Shown here: positions 11,223 to 20,067 of the stretch, piece by piece | How positions within the stretch are numbered: the first letter of the stretch is position 1 | Layout: the number at the start of each line of letters is the position of its first letter | From: a virus | Direction: 5' to 3' (one strand) | DNA: 64,000 nucleotides | Virus record (IMG/VR): IMGVR_UViG_3300045988_182459 | Location: 66,120 to 130,119 of that record | Position numbers and translations under genes: made by a program | Notes under the pieces: generated by a model | What the model saw: the letters and a program-made list of their open reading frames with translations, nothing else | Databases searched by the model: none | Told to the model about the DNA's origin: nothing

Positions 11223-11293
11223 AGTAACATTTTTAGGGATATAAAAGAGTAACATTTTTAGGTGTCAAATTTTCGTTCCCTAGAAATGTTACT
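11223..11293. promoter_or_regulatory. operator-like array: 15-bp site AGTAACATTTTTAGG twice direct (11223-11237, 11249-11263) plus an inverted copy CCTAGAAATGTTACT (11279-11293)
   Basis: Exact 15-mer repeats read directly, about 90 bp upstream of the 11384 gene. Confidence 0.55.
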
Positions 11294-11383
11294 CTTTCTT
11301 TTTGATTTTACGCGGTACGATATGAATTTCAGCCCTGCGATTCGTATGAGATACGGAATCGAACGGACAACTTTGGTGGTACT

Positions 11384-12661
11384 ATGACGAACGAACAAAA
11401 GCTTCTCGTATATCTCTATGGCGTTGATTCTATCCAGCACAAGCAGCTTGCCATTGCTCTCTCTGACATCCCATATCAATGCGTTACCAAAGCTCTGAGA
11501 GCGGCCAAAAAGCATGGGTATGTTGAGGTCTTTATGAGAGATGAATCGCGGTATGTGCGTATCTCTCCGGACGGTCTGAAATACATTCGAAGCACTCAAA
11601 AAGACGCTCTGGATGTAGACAAGCGGACGGCTATGAAGCGGCGAATCAAAGGCGAACAAGGACGGCTCACCAGGGTGGAAACGACACTCTGCATGTGCCG
11701 AGCAGCGGGAATTCAGCCTGCCAAGGAAGCTGGTATCAAGTTAATCGATGTGCTTGACCCCGAGCAGGATGCGACCCAAACTTTCATGAATGACTTCTTC
11801 TATGACAAAGGACTTCTTTTCCTGTCCGATGAAATCTCTGCAACTATCAAGACGAGCACCACAATGGGCGAAGAGTACACGCTCGGTCAAAGCCGTCTGG
11901 TAGGTATCGTAATCAACCGTACAGGCATTTCTTTTCTCTACTGTACGCTCGATAAGCTGATGCGATGGGTTGTGTCTTACGAACAGCGGCGTGTAAGTGC
12001 AGTGATGGAACTCTTGAAATCCAGCTCACTTGCGGCAACGGACGAGGACTTCGCAACAATCTGCAATATGTCTCCTAAGTGCATCGTTATCGGCAAGACC
12101 TGCGCTATAGTTCCAAAAATCATTACTGGCGATAAGTATGGCAAAGCAATCGACAGCACTGATATTATCAAAACCCATAACGCAACAAGGCTCTTGACGC
12201 TCACGAATCTCGAACAAGTCTACAAGTACAGCTATTTCGTTCCAACAAGTTCTATCGGCGTGGAACTTCTTGCTCGAACAGCAGCTTTAACACGAAACGA
12301 ACTCAATGAAATGATTTCCGTGTGGCTGGATGAGATGGCTGAAAGCCATACAACCGTTACTACTGGGCGATATGTTGAAGCATACATCAATGAACAGAAA
12401 TGCAAAACCATAACGCTGCCGGTCATTGAGTTTGAAGAACTCGAATATCAAAAAAACGGACGAGTGCCTTATCATGTCGTTTGTGAGCGAGGAACGCAAG
12501 ACGGTATCAGCCGGGCACTAGGAAGCAAAGTTCTCGATTTCAAGGATTTTGACAACATCCCAATGCCAGCACATAAATACGACGACGGCGGAATTCGCCG
12601 CGATGGGATTAACCCATTGACGCATAATGGATACAATGAAGAGGAGATGGATGACCAATGA
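11384..12661 (+). CDS. hypothetical protein (possible DNA-binding or replication-associated; N-terminus looks winged-helix-like)
   Basis: 425-aa ORF downstream of the direct/inverted-repeat array. No confident family assignment. Confidence 0.55.
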   Translation: MTNEQKLLVYLYGVDSIQHKQLAIALSDIPYQCVTKALRAAKKHGYVEVFMRDESRYVRISPDGLKYIRSTQKDALDVDKRTAMKRRIKGEQGRLTRVETTLCMCRAAGIQPAKEAGIKLIDVLDPEQDATQTFMNDFFYDKGLLFLSDEISATIKTSTTMGEEYTLGQSRLVGIVINRTGISFLYCTLDKLMRWVVSYEQRRVSAVMELLKSSSLAATDEDFATICNMSPKCIVIGKTCAIVPKIITGDKYGKAIDSTDIIKTHNATRLLTLTNLEQVYKYSYFVPTSSIGVELLARTAALTRNELNEMISVWLDEMAESHTTVTTGRYVEAYINEQKCKTITLPVIEFEELEYQKNGRVPYHVVCERGTQDGISRALGSKVLDFKDFDNIPMPAHKYDDGGIRRDGINPLTHNGYNEEEMDDQ

Positions 12662-12960
12662 TAGCGATTCGAGTATGTCCAACCTGCAAGCGCAAGTTTG
12701 AAGCTCGTGTGGGAGAACCCCAAACTTATTGTGAAGAGTGTCTTGAACTCAAAACCATGAGTGAATCGTCCGTGTGCTCTTGGTTCTTTGATGACGATGA
12801 CTTCGATGACGATTTCGATATCTCGGAAGCCGGAAAAGAAGAAAAGGCGGAGACACAAGAGAGAAAGCAGAGTAGACAAGTATTTGACTTGATTCCGCCG
12901 CACAAGGAAAAGACAAGACGCATGGACAACGCTTTCTTCCAGGAAGCATTGAAAGGCTGA
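12658..12960 (+). CDS. small zinc-ribbon protein with an acidic C-terminus
   Basis: CPTCKRK...YCEEC forms a CxxC...CxxC pair. Start overlaps the upstream stop (ATGA). Confidence 0.5.
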   Translation: MIAIRVCPTCKRKFEARVGEPQTYCEECLELKTMSESSVCSWFFDDDDFDDDFDISEAGKEEKAETQERKQSRQVFDLIPPHKEKTRRMDNAFFQEALKG

Positions 12961-13061
12961 CAGAATGGTTGATGGAGCTACTTCCACCTCTCGTCTGGCA
13001 GGCTGGCAACACTTTAACCGCTAATCGTGAACTTTCATTTAACAAACCGGCTTCCAAATTG

Positions 13062-13095
13062 AGAAAAAGTGCAATTTATGGTATAATGCAAATAT
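13062..13095 (+). promoter_or_regulatory. sigma-A promoter TTGAGA-17-TGGTATAAT (extended -10)
   Basis: Read directly, about 100 nt upstream of the 13192 gene. Confidence 0.5.
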
Positions 13096-13191
13096 AGGAA
13101 AGAAAAATTGTACATACCTCTGACCACAAATCATTCAGATGCAATCTAATCAAAGTTTGAGGTTATCTAAATCAAATCGGAAGCATGTCCT

Positions 13192-13860
13192 ATGAAAAGA
13201 AAGTTTTTAATTCCATACGCTGCAGCAACACTGGCAATGGCAGCCGCAATCTGCACTGCCGGAATACCTTCCGTTGCTTTAGCAAGGACCTATGAGGGCT
13301 ATAATGGAATGAAGCGTAGCTCGACGGCGGAAGAGACATTCCAGAAAATCAAAGTTCCTGCCTTTGCCTCCATCAAAGAAGTGACGGCGGAGGAAGCACG
13401 AAGCGTAGCTGATGGCATTATCGTTTTTGCATTTCCTACCTGCCCTTATTGCCGGAACCTGATACCGGAACTTATCGAGACCGCAAAAGAGGAGGGAAAG
13501 ACCCTCTACTATTGCCAGATTGATAACTACCGCGACAAGTATGAATTTGATGAGACTCTGAATGGCCCGGTCATGACCGTGGCTCCCGGAAAAGGGTATT
13601 ATGAGCTTCTTGACTGGCTGAGCGATTATCTCATCGACTATACTGTGAAAGACGAGAACGGCGAAAGCATCAGTATCGGTGAAAAGAGAATCGGAGCGCC
13701 CACCATAATTACAGTCCAGAACGGGGTTCCTGTATCCTCCTGGAAGCTGAGCATGGTAGAGAATGCCGAGTTCCCTGACAATGCGTATACTCGTTGGAGC
13801 CAGGAAACGCAGGAAATCGTATCGGAGTCACTGCATCAATATTTTGCTGAGGAGGCATAA
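13192..13860 (+). CDS. secreted thioredoxin-fold thiol-disulfide oxidoreductase
   Basis: Signal peptide MKRKFLIPYAAATLAMAAAICTA. CPYC active-site motif in ...FAFPTCPYCRNLIPEL. Confidence 0.7.
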   Translation: MKRKFLIPYAAATLAMAAAICTAGIPSVALARTYEGYNGMKRSSTAEETFQKIKVPAFASIKEVTAEEARSVADGIIVFAFPTCPYCRNLIPELIETAKEEGKTLYYCQIDNYRDKYEFDETLNGPVMTVAPGKGYYELLDWLSDYLIDYTVKDENGESISIGEKRIGAPTIITVQNGVPVSSWKLSMVENAEFPDNAYTRWSQETQEIVSESLHQYFAEEA

Positions 13861-13863
13861 ATC

Positions 13864-14088
13864 ATGTCAAATATCACTGTTGGTCGAATCTTGCTTCTGG
13901 ACCTTGTGTTCCTTGTTAATTCTGCTTTAACTCTTGTTGTTTTCAAGTTCGTTGGTCTTTTGGATGTTATGACTACACCGGCCTTGTTCTTTCATTTTGT
14001 TGGTTCTTATATTATCCTGGCATATTTCATGTTTTGGATTTATCCGCAGATTCTGGAAGACCGGGAAAACAACGACGACGATAAATAA
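13864..14088 (+). CDS. small membrane protein
   Basis: 74 aa with two hydrophobic helices. Follows the upstream gene closely. Confidence 0.45.
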   Translation: MSNITVGRILLLDLVFLVNSALTLVVFKFVGLLDVMTTPALFFHFVGSYIILAYFMFWIYPQILEDRENNDDDK

Positions 14089-14099
14089 TCTGGTCGGAA

Positions 14100-14315
14100 C
14101 CGTAGGTGCTTGAAACCGTAGGTACTTGCCTAAAGTTGAGCGAAATGTACTTGCGGGAAGCGTAGCCGCAATAGACTACTCCGAAAGTACCGTAGGCCCG
14201 CATACCGTAGGTCATACAATGAAGCGTAGCTGTTTGTAAAGAAATGAAAGACGGATGACGGAAGCGTAGCCGCTGCCCGGTAAAAGGCTGCCGGTTGCGT
14301 AGCTGCCATTCGTCT
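14100..14315. repeat. iteron-like array: ACCGTAGGT x4 interleaved with (A/T)GCGTAGC x4 and GTACTTGC x2
   Basis: ACCGTAGGT at about 14104, 14120, 14190 and 14211. GAAGCGTAGC-like copies at about 14158, 14222, 14262 and 14297. All lie in a 250-bp intergenic region. Confidence 0.6.
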
Positions 14316-14340
14316 TTTTTGGTTTAGAGGAGAGACGAGA

Positions 14341-14574
14341 ATGGTATATGAGATAATCAGTCCACGCCCACATGGTTCAGAAACATTCGTGGGATTGCAT
14401 ACAGAATACCCGGAATGCATCGACCCGTTGAGTGTGCAGGAAGCGATGCTCAGCGGCGGTAACAAAATCACATTCAAGGGCACTGAGAAAGAATATGAGG
14501 CGGTCAAGAAAAAGCTGGCAGCCAAAGTCAAGGTGACCATCATCAAAGAACAGAAAGCGAAGAAAGAAAAATAA
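14341..14574 (+). CDS. small hypothetical protein with a K/E-rich C-terminus
   Basis: RBS GGAGAGACGAGA before ATG 14341. Confidence 0.45.
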   Translation: MVYEIISPRPHGSETFVGLHTEYPECIDPLSVQEAMLSGGNKITFKGTEKEYEAVKKKLAAKVKVTIIKEQKAKKEK

Positions 14575-14575
14575 T

Positions 14576-15325
14576 ATGGTAAAGACTGATTTCAAGAATA
14601 CTTATGAAGCATTTATGCATTGCGATAAAAACAAGCTGGCGAAAGAATTTGCTGCCATGTATTCCGATAACGAGGAACAGGCGGCAGCAGTTAAGGAAGT
14701 CGATAGAGCATTTGCTAGAATGGAGACCGTCACGCCAAAAGCAGTAAACCCGGATGAGCAAAGTATCATTGTGGTTTGCAAGGGATTTGGCGATGAAGGC
14801 GATGACACTGTCTGTATCGAAGTGAGAGACCTCCGTAACTGGAAAGAAAAGCACACGAAAATATCTGAGCCTATTAGTGACGAGATGCTGACCTTTATGA
14901 GCACGGACGAAATCGAAAACGCGGTGATGAATCAGGACCTTCCCACGAAATACGCTTTTGAACTCAGCGCTTGGGACGAAATTCTTAGCTGGAAACTTGC
15001 ACCATCTAGTATCTACATCTACGGCCTTGAGTTTTGCCTGTCCCGTGTGTTGTGGGAAATGACATTCTTCGGAGTGGATGAATCCGGTGTGGAGTTGGAA
15101 AAGAAAAAGCTCGATACGAGATTTGAGGAAGCGCAGAGGGCTTTTGATGAAAACAAGGAACCTCGAATTGGATTCTCAATTGAAGACATTGCCAAGAAAC
15201 TTCTCGGTGATGACTATACCGAAGACTGGTATCCCGAAGAGGAGCAGGAACGCGACCGCCGAAATATGGTTATTTTCTCCTATAAGGACAACAATGAAAT
15301 GGAACGGCTGCTCATGATGCTTTAA
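14576..15325 (+). CDS. hypothetical protein
   Basis: 249-aa ORF beginning ATGG at the upstream stop. Coding-like composition. Confidence 0.55.
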   Translation: MVKTDFKNTYEAFMHCDKNKLAKEFAAMYSDNEEQAAAVKEVDRAFARMETVTPKAVNPDEQSIIVVCKGFGDEGDDTVCIEVRDLRNWKEKHTKISEPISDEMLTFMSTDEIENAVMNQDLPTKYAFELSAWDEILSWKLAPSSIYIYGLEFCLSRVLWEMTFFGVDESGVELEKKKLDTRFEEAQRAFDENKEPRIGFSIEDIAKKLLGDDYTEDWYPEEEQERDRRNMVIFSYKDNNEMERLLMML

Positions 15326-15344
15326 GAGAAAACGAGAAGGAGAG

Positions 15345-16190
15345 ATGAGGATGAGCGAAATCTTCGTGGCGGGAGATATCCATGGAAACTATCAAGGATT
15401 GATGGAATCTCTCAATGCAGCAGGCTGGCAGGAGGGCGATACCATCATCTGCGTGGGAGATGTCACCGACCGTGGAAAAGATAATGCCAGAACGGTGTCC
15501 TTTCTGCAGGAGCATGAATGTAATGTGAGATTGGTTCAGGGCAACCATGAGCTTCAACACAGGAAGATGCTTCAATACTATCATGTGTTAATCAAAGTCC
15601 CCCAAATTCGGTTGTTTGCGGCAGGAATATTCAGAACATACAAGGAAGGATATACTTATCCCAAAACAAAAGAAGAACTCAAAGAGTATGAGTGCAGTGC
15701 CGATAAACGAATCGAAATCATTCAGGGAAAGCCTAAGACCTTCCATGCTTTTGTTCGAGCCTTTATCGCTTATACATTAGCATGGGAAGACGATAGCCTT
15801 TGGAAGATTATTCTGTACTTGCTGGAAGTGATGTGCGGTAATCCCTATAATGCTGAAAGAACCATCTATGAATATCTCTCTTGTACAAGAAAACAAAGAG
15901 CATTATTTGAATGGCTTTGGAATCAGACGGTTACGGAGGTTAATATAGATTATACAGAGCCATATAGATATCAGCATATAGTGATTACGCATAACAATCC
16001 TTTTGGAAGATATTACAGTTACGACCTGGATGAGTTACGACCTGGACACGATAAGACGCTCTATGTGTTTGGGCACATCCCGCATTCCGAAATCGTCAGG
16101 TTTGACAGGGCTTGTTCCGGATGCACTTATCTGGACATTGACACATCCCTGAATTCGGTCGGCGTCATTAAGCTGAGTGATTATCTCTAA
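15345..16190 (+). CDS. calcineurin-like metallophosphoesterase (Ser/Thr phosphatase family)
   Basis: Motifs GDIHG ... GDVTDRG ... GNHE in canonical order. RBS AGGAGAGATGAGG. Confidence 0.8.
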   Translation: MRMSEIFVAGDIHGNYQGLMESLNAAGWQEGDTIICVGDVTDRGKDNARTVSFLQEHECNVRLVQGNHELQHRKMLQYYHVLIKVPQIRLFAAGIFRTYKEGYTYPKTKEELKEYECSADKRIEIIQGKPKTFHAFVRAFIAYTLAWEDDSLWKIILYLLEVMCGNPYNAERTIYEYLSCTRKQRALFEWLWNQTVTEVNIDYTEPYRYQHIVITHNNPFGRYYSYDLDELRPGHDKTLYVFGHIPHSEIVRFDRACSGCTYLDIDTSLNSVGVIKLSDYL

Positions 16191-16203
16191 GAAAGCATAA
16201 GCA

Positions 16204-16250
16204 CCATAGGGGCGCAGAGCCTCTGTGGTGCTTTTTCTTTTTGCATGGGT
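16204..16250 (+). terminator. rho-independent terminator
   Basis: GCACCATAGGGG...TCTGTGGTGC stem followed by TTTTTCTTTTTGC. Confidence 0.5.
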
Positions 16251-16302
16251 AAAGTTTCCTTGCTCACACGGAAACAATGCACAGGCAAAAAAAGAAAGGA
16301 GC

Positions 16303-16345
16303 CACCCGAAGGTGACTCCAATAGTTTAGGTTCCTGTTTTAGCCG
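16303..16345 (-). terminator. rho-independent terminator (minus strand)
   Basis: Minus-strand GGAGTCACCTTCGGGTGGCTCC followed by TTTCTTTTTTT. Confidence 0.5.
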
Positions 16346-16354
16346 TGAAAAGCA

Positions 16355-16576
16355 TCAGGCGGCAGACGGGGTATCCGTTGCTGCGTCAAAGAGCAGTGTG
16401 CCTTCGCCGTTATAGCTTGCGTCGTTCAGAGCGGCGTAGATGTAGTCAATGAAATAGCCATCATCACCATTGTAGGTGGACTTCATGGAGACAAGATTGC
16501 CGTTGTCATCATAGGTGTTCTCGAAGGTCTGTTCGAAGTTGCCCATCGTAGCATCTTTGCCCTGCTGTTTGGTCAT
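16355..16576 (-). CDS. small hypothetical protein (73 aa, D/N/G/Y-rich)
   Basis: Isolated minus-strand ORF with its own downstream terminator. RBS is weak. Confidence 0.35.
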   Translation of the reverse strand: MTKQQGKDATMGNFEQTFENTYDDNGNLVSMKSTYNGDDGYFIDYIYAALNDASYNGEGTLLFDAATDTPSAA

Positions 16577-16693
16577 ATTACCATCGACATTGTGCGCATC
16601 CGTGCTATGACGAACTGCTGCCGCAAGTTCAAGACGATGTAACTACAAGCCGTCTGCTTTCGGATGGACGGCTTTTTTCTTTTGAAAAAATGT

Positions 16694-16721
16694 TTGACGA
16701 AACTTGCGAACGGCATACAAT
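16694..16721 (+). promoter_or_regulatory. box promoter site 0: TTGACG-16-TACAAT with CTTGCGAAC in the spacer (weaker box variant)
   Basis: Read directly. Followed by the leader terminator at 16779-16812. Confidence 0.45.
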
Positions 16722-16778
16722 AAGTGTTGTACGACAGATAATAAACCGGCATCAACCATTCATAATCTGACAAATTCA

Positions 16779-16812
16779 GACAGGCACCAATCGGGTGACC
16801 TGTCTTTTTTTG
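16779..16812 (+). terminator. leader terminator with the shared TTTTTTTGTTGC tail
   Basis: GACAGG...CCTGTC stem then TTTTTTTGTTGC, about 40 nt before ATG 16852. Confidence 0.5.
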
Positions 16813-16851
16813 TTGCAAGACCGCGTAATGCGGAGAAAGTCGAGGAAAGCT

Positions 16852-17202
16852 ATGAACACCATTATGAACACCGCCGAATTCATCCGCGTTACCGACCTCC
16901 TGAAGAAGGAGAAAATTGCCAAAAATAGCGGCAACATATTTGCCGCTATGATGGCGATGCGCGAGAACCGCCCCGAAGCAATCTGCGCAGATGGCTTTAA
17001 GATGTCTATCCAGGCATCCGAAGACCACTACTGCCAGAAGGACGACGAGGGGAGCTACGTGAGCGTAGAAGTCGGGTTCCCGTCTCCGTCCGAGCCATTG
17101 CTCGACGAATATGGTGATGACGGAGTGTACGGCTATGTGCCGCTCACTGTTGTCGATGCCATCATCGCCAAGCACGGTGGAATCCTGCTCGATGAGCAGT
17201 AA
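16852..17202 (+). CDS. small protein of an unknown family (paralog of 60195..60521)
   Basis: Shares ICADGF(K/T)(M/L)SIQAS ... YGYVP(L/V)..VDA(I/V)(I/L)AKHGGI with the 60195 product. Confidence 0.6.
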   Translation: MNTIMNTAEFIRVTDLLKKEKIAKNSGNIFAAMMAMRENRPEAICADGFKMSIQASEDHYCQKDDEGSYVSVEVGFPSPSEPLLDEYGDDGVYGYVPLTVVDAIIAKHGGILLDEQ

Positions 17203-17351
17203 GCCACTCTATCCAATTCCAGCATGACATTCGGCTGCACGCCGTTTGTTCATATATGAAGCGGTTATCATTTCTCTTAATGAGAGCAAAAATGATAGCT
17301 GCTATTTTTATTTTACAAGCCTCGAAAATACGAGGAGAAAGAGAGTTTGCT

Positions 17352-18050
17352 ATGAACACCAACACTATCACTATCAATTCCAAGAAAGCTATCCCCGGCA
17401 TCAATGATGTGGCTACTAAGTGCCCTGCAGCAGCCAACATGTGGGGCAGCAAAAACGCTTGCTCTCCAAATGAGGTATCTGCAGGCAACAACAAAATGGC
17501 ATGGTTTGTCTGCCCCGATTGCAAACAGGAGTTTAAGGCTCCCGTTTGCAACGTCGTCAATTCTTTGTTGCATGACAATACCGGTTGCCCTGTTTGTGCA
17601 GGTCGCAAAGCTGTTTTCGGCGTCAACGATTTGGCGACCATGTATCCAAAAGCCGCTGCTATGTGGAGCGGCAAGAACGATTACGCCCCCAGCGAAATTC
17701 CTGCTCGGTCGTCCAGACGCGCAATTTTTGCGTGCCCCGATTGCAAACAAGAGTTTGTGACAAGCGTCCACAACATGACGCGGGCTATTGCATCCGGTGT
17801 TACTTGCTGCCCCAATTGCAGAATGCGAGGAAATACTATCGGTGCGATTTACAAGGATGAGTATGGTTCGCCAAAATCTGTTGGCACTACGATGACGATG
17901 AAGGACGGCAGCAAAGCCACCTGCACCGCTTATCATGGTGTCAACAACATCACCGTCGAGTTCGAAGACGGGTTCGTTCTGTACCATGCTCGCTGGAATC
18001 AGTTTATCCGTGGCGTTCTTCACCACGGTCAGAAAACCACTGAAGAATAA
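17352..18050 (+). CDS. zinc-ribbon repeat protein (DUF4379-like repeats G.NDLAT..P..A.MW....CPDCK.EF)
   Basis: Three CxxC-bearing repeats. A conserved 5' leader block is shared with the 18180 gene. Confidence 0.7.
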   Translation: MNTNTITINSKKAIPGINDVATKCPAAANMWGSKNACSPNEVSAGNNKMAWFVCPDCKQEFKAPVCNVVNSLLHDNTGCPVCAGRKAVFGVNDLATMYPKAAAMWSGKNDYAPSEIPARSSRRAIFACPDCKQEFVTSVHNMTRAIASGVTCCPNCRMRGNTIGAIYKDEYGSPKSVGTTMTMKDGSKATCTAYHGVNNITVEFEDGFVLYHARWNQFIRGVLHHGQKTTEE

Positions 18051-18179
18051 TAAAAAGCCATCTGATACGAAGTTGGCTTGTGAATGTGAATGTAGCAGCT
18101 ATCATCTTCCTCCAGTAGGGGGATGGTCGCTGCTTTTTTATTACAAGCCTCGAATGTTACGAGGAGAAAGAGAAAAATT

Positions 18180-19739
18180 ATGAATGCTTTTATGAATGTT
18201 ATGCACACCACCACCTGCAACTGCACTGCTTGCACGACTGTTCCGACTCTTGGCATTAAGATGCCGTATGAGGAAGAGGAAAAGAAAGCTACTAAAACTA
18301 GAAAGACTCGCCAAAAACTGATTGTTGGAGAAAACGATTTGGCTACGGTCGCTCCTGAAGTTGCCGCAATGCTGAGTGAGAAAGATAAGCACTTTGCTTT
18401 TGAAGTTACTGCTGGAAGCAACAGGAAACTTACTTTTGTCTGCCCTGACTGCAAGAAAGAGTTTGAGGCTAAAATTTGCAGTGTCACAATAGCAGTTTGC
18501 CCATGTCCTTATTGCCGCAAAGTAAAAAAAGCGCGTCGCAATTCGAAACCTATTGTTGGAGTTAATGATTTGGCTTCGCAATGCCCGCAGGCTGTAGCAA
18601 TGTGGAGCGAAAAGAATAAATGCTACCCAACAGAAGTTTTCGCCCAAAGCACTAAGACTGCAATTTTCAATTGCCCAAAATGTAAGCACGAATTTGAGAC
18701 GACTGTCACATCCTTTGTGAAAAGCATCAAAAAATCGAAAGGCAATACTACTGGCTGCCCTATCTGTAATGGGACTAAAGTTGTTGTTGGCTACAATGAT
18801 TTAGCTACGACCTGCCCCCAAGTAGCTGCTATGTTAAGCAAAAAAAACGCTGGCTTTGCAACAAAGTACACTATGGGAAGCAATGCAGTTGCAAGTTTTA
18901 CTTGTCCTGATTGCAAAAAAGAATTTGAGGCTAAAATTTGCAAAGTCACAAATGTAGTTTACCCATGTCCTTATTGCCGCGATACAAAAATTCTCGCTAA
19001 TCATATGGATTTGGAAACTTACTTAAAGAAAAATAATCGAGAGGATATTCTTAACTGTATTCGTCCAGATAGTCCGTATCAGGCAAGTGAAGTTTCTTAT
19101 TCCAGCAACAAAACATTATTTCTTAATTGCCCTGAATGTGGTAATAAATGGGTGATTTCAGCTAATTATCTGACTGCACAAGGCATTAGTTATATGTGTG
19201 GTAATTGTAATCAAACGACAAATTTTATTTCCAAGCCAGAGCAGTATGCTGTTCGTATTGCAATGGGTTTTGCAAGGGAAAACGGAGTTCCAAATGCATT
19301 CGATGAAGTTCGTCACATTTTTGGCTATAACAACAAATATGGTGTAGATTTTGTCGATAACACTCGCAAGATTTGCATGGAGTACAATGGTGTATATTGG
19401 CATAAAGACAAAAAAAGAGTTGATTGCTATAAATTCATCAAAATCCATAATGCCGGATATACTTTTATTCGTATACTGGAACCGGGCTTAAAAGCTTTTG
19501 ACAAAAAATATGACATTGTATTGCCAAAAAACTACAAACACGGTAACGAGTATGAATCAAAAATCATGGAGGACCTTGGCTATAAGCTTATTTCTTTATT
19601 TGAGGAAATCTATAATTACAAGGCCACTCCTGAAATTCAAAAATTAGTCGATTTTAAAGAATTCGAAAAGTGGTACGATATTCATCGCAAAAGAATTTCT
19701 GCAAAAGCTACCGAAAACGCAGCAAAGAAAGCTGCCTGA
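18180..19739 (+). CDS. zinc-ribbon repeat protein with a C-terminal DUF559/Vsr-like PD-(D/E)xK endonuclease domain
   Basis: Five or more ribbon repeats. The C-terminus ...YGVDFVDNTRKICMEYNGVYWH...GYTFIRI fits the DUF559 pattern. Markedly AT-rich compared with its neighbours. Confidence 0.7.
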   Translation: MNAFMNVMHTTTCNCTACTTVPTLGIKMPYEEEEKKATKTRKTRQKLIVGENDLATVAPEVAAMLSEKDKHFAFEVTAGSNRKLTFVCPDCKKEFEAKICSVTIAVCPCPYCRKVKKARRNSKPIVGVNDLASQCPQAVAMWSEKNKCYPTEVFAQSTKTAIFNCPKCKHEFETTVTSFVKSIKKSKGNTTGCPICNGTKVVVGYNDLATTCPQVAAMLSKKNAGFATKYTMGSNAVASFTCPDCKKEFEAKICKVTNVVYPCPYCRDTKILANHMDLETYLKKNNREDILNCIRPDSPYQASEVSYSSNKTLFLNCPECGNKWVISANYLTAQGISYMCGNCNQTTNFISKPEQYAVRIAMGFARENGVPNAFDEVRHIFGYNNKYGVDFVDNTRKICMEYNGVYWHKDKKRVDCYKFIKIHNAGYTFIRILEPGLKAFDKKYDIVLPKNYKHGNEYESKIMEDLGYKLISLFEEIYNYKATPEIQKLVDFKEFEKWYDIHRKRISAKATENAAKKAA

Positions 19740-19756
19740 TAGATTACAAGACCTCT

Positions 19757-19778
19757 GACGAACTCAGTCGTCTTTTTA
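19757..19778 (+). terminator. rho-independent terminator
   Basis: GACGAACTCAGTCGTC followed by TTTTT. Confidence 0.5.
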
Positions 19779-19801
19779 CATAGATAGCGTTTCCTGCCGT
19801 T

Positions 19802-19832
19802 CACCCATAACCGGGTGGGCGGCTTTTTCTTT
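19802..19832 (+). terminator. second terminator-like hairpin
   Basis: CACCCATAACCGGGTGGG followed by CGGCTTTTTCTTTTG. Confidence 0.4.
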
Positions 19833-20067
19833 TGCCAACTACTTGCCATACGTCAATTTCATGCATGAATTACAAAATAGTAACCGTTCCATACAACCGC
19901 TGGCGATAACTACCAGTTGTAGTGTATTTGATTGGACTTCCAAATTCTATTTTAGTCGCACATATTGCAACTTACGGTTGTATTTGCTATACTAATAACA
20001 ACCGATAACAACCAACGAAGCACAAATAACAACTAATAGGTGTTACCGCGAACCGAGGAGGCCAATC

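Noticed and set aside
19840-20067. LexA (Cheo) box upstream of the Y-family polymerase
   Set aside because: Only isolated CGAACC half-sites are present. No GAAC-N4-GTTC palindrome occurs.
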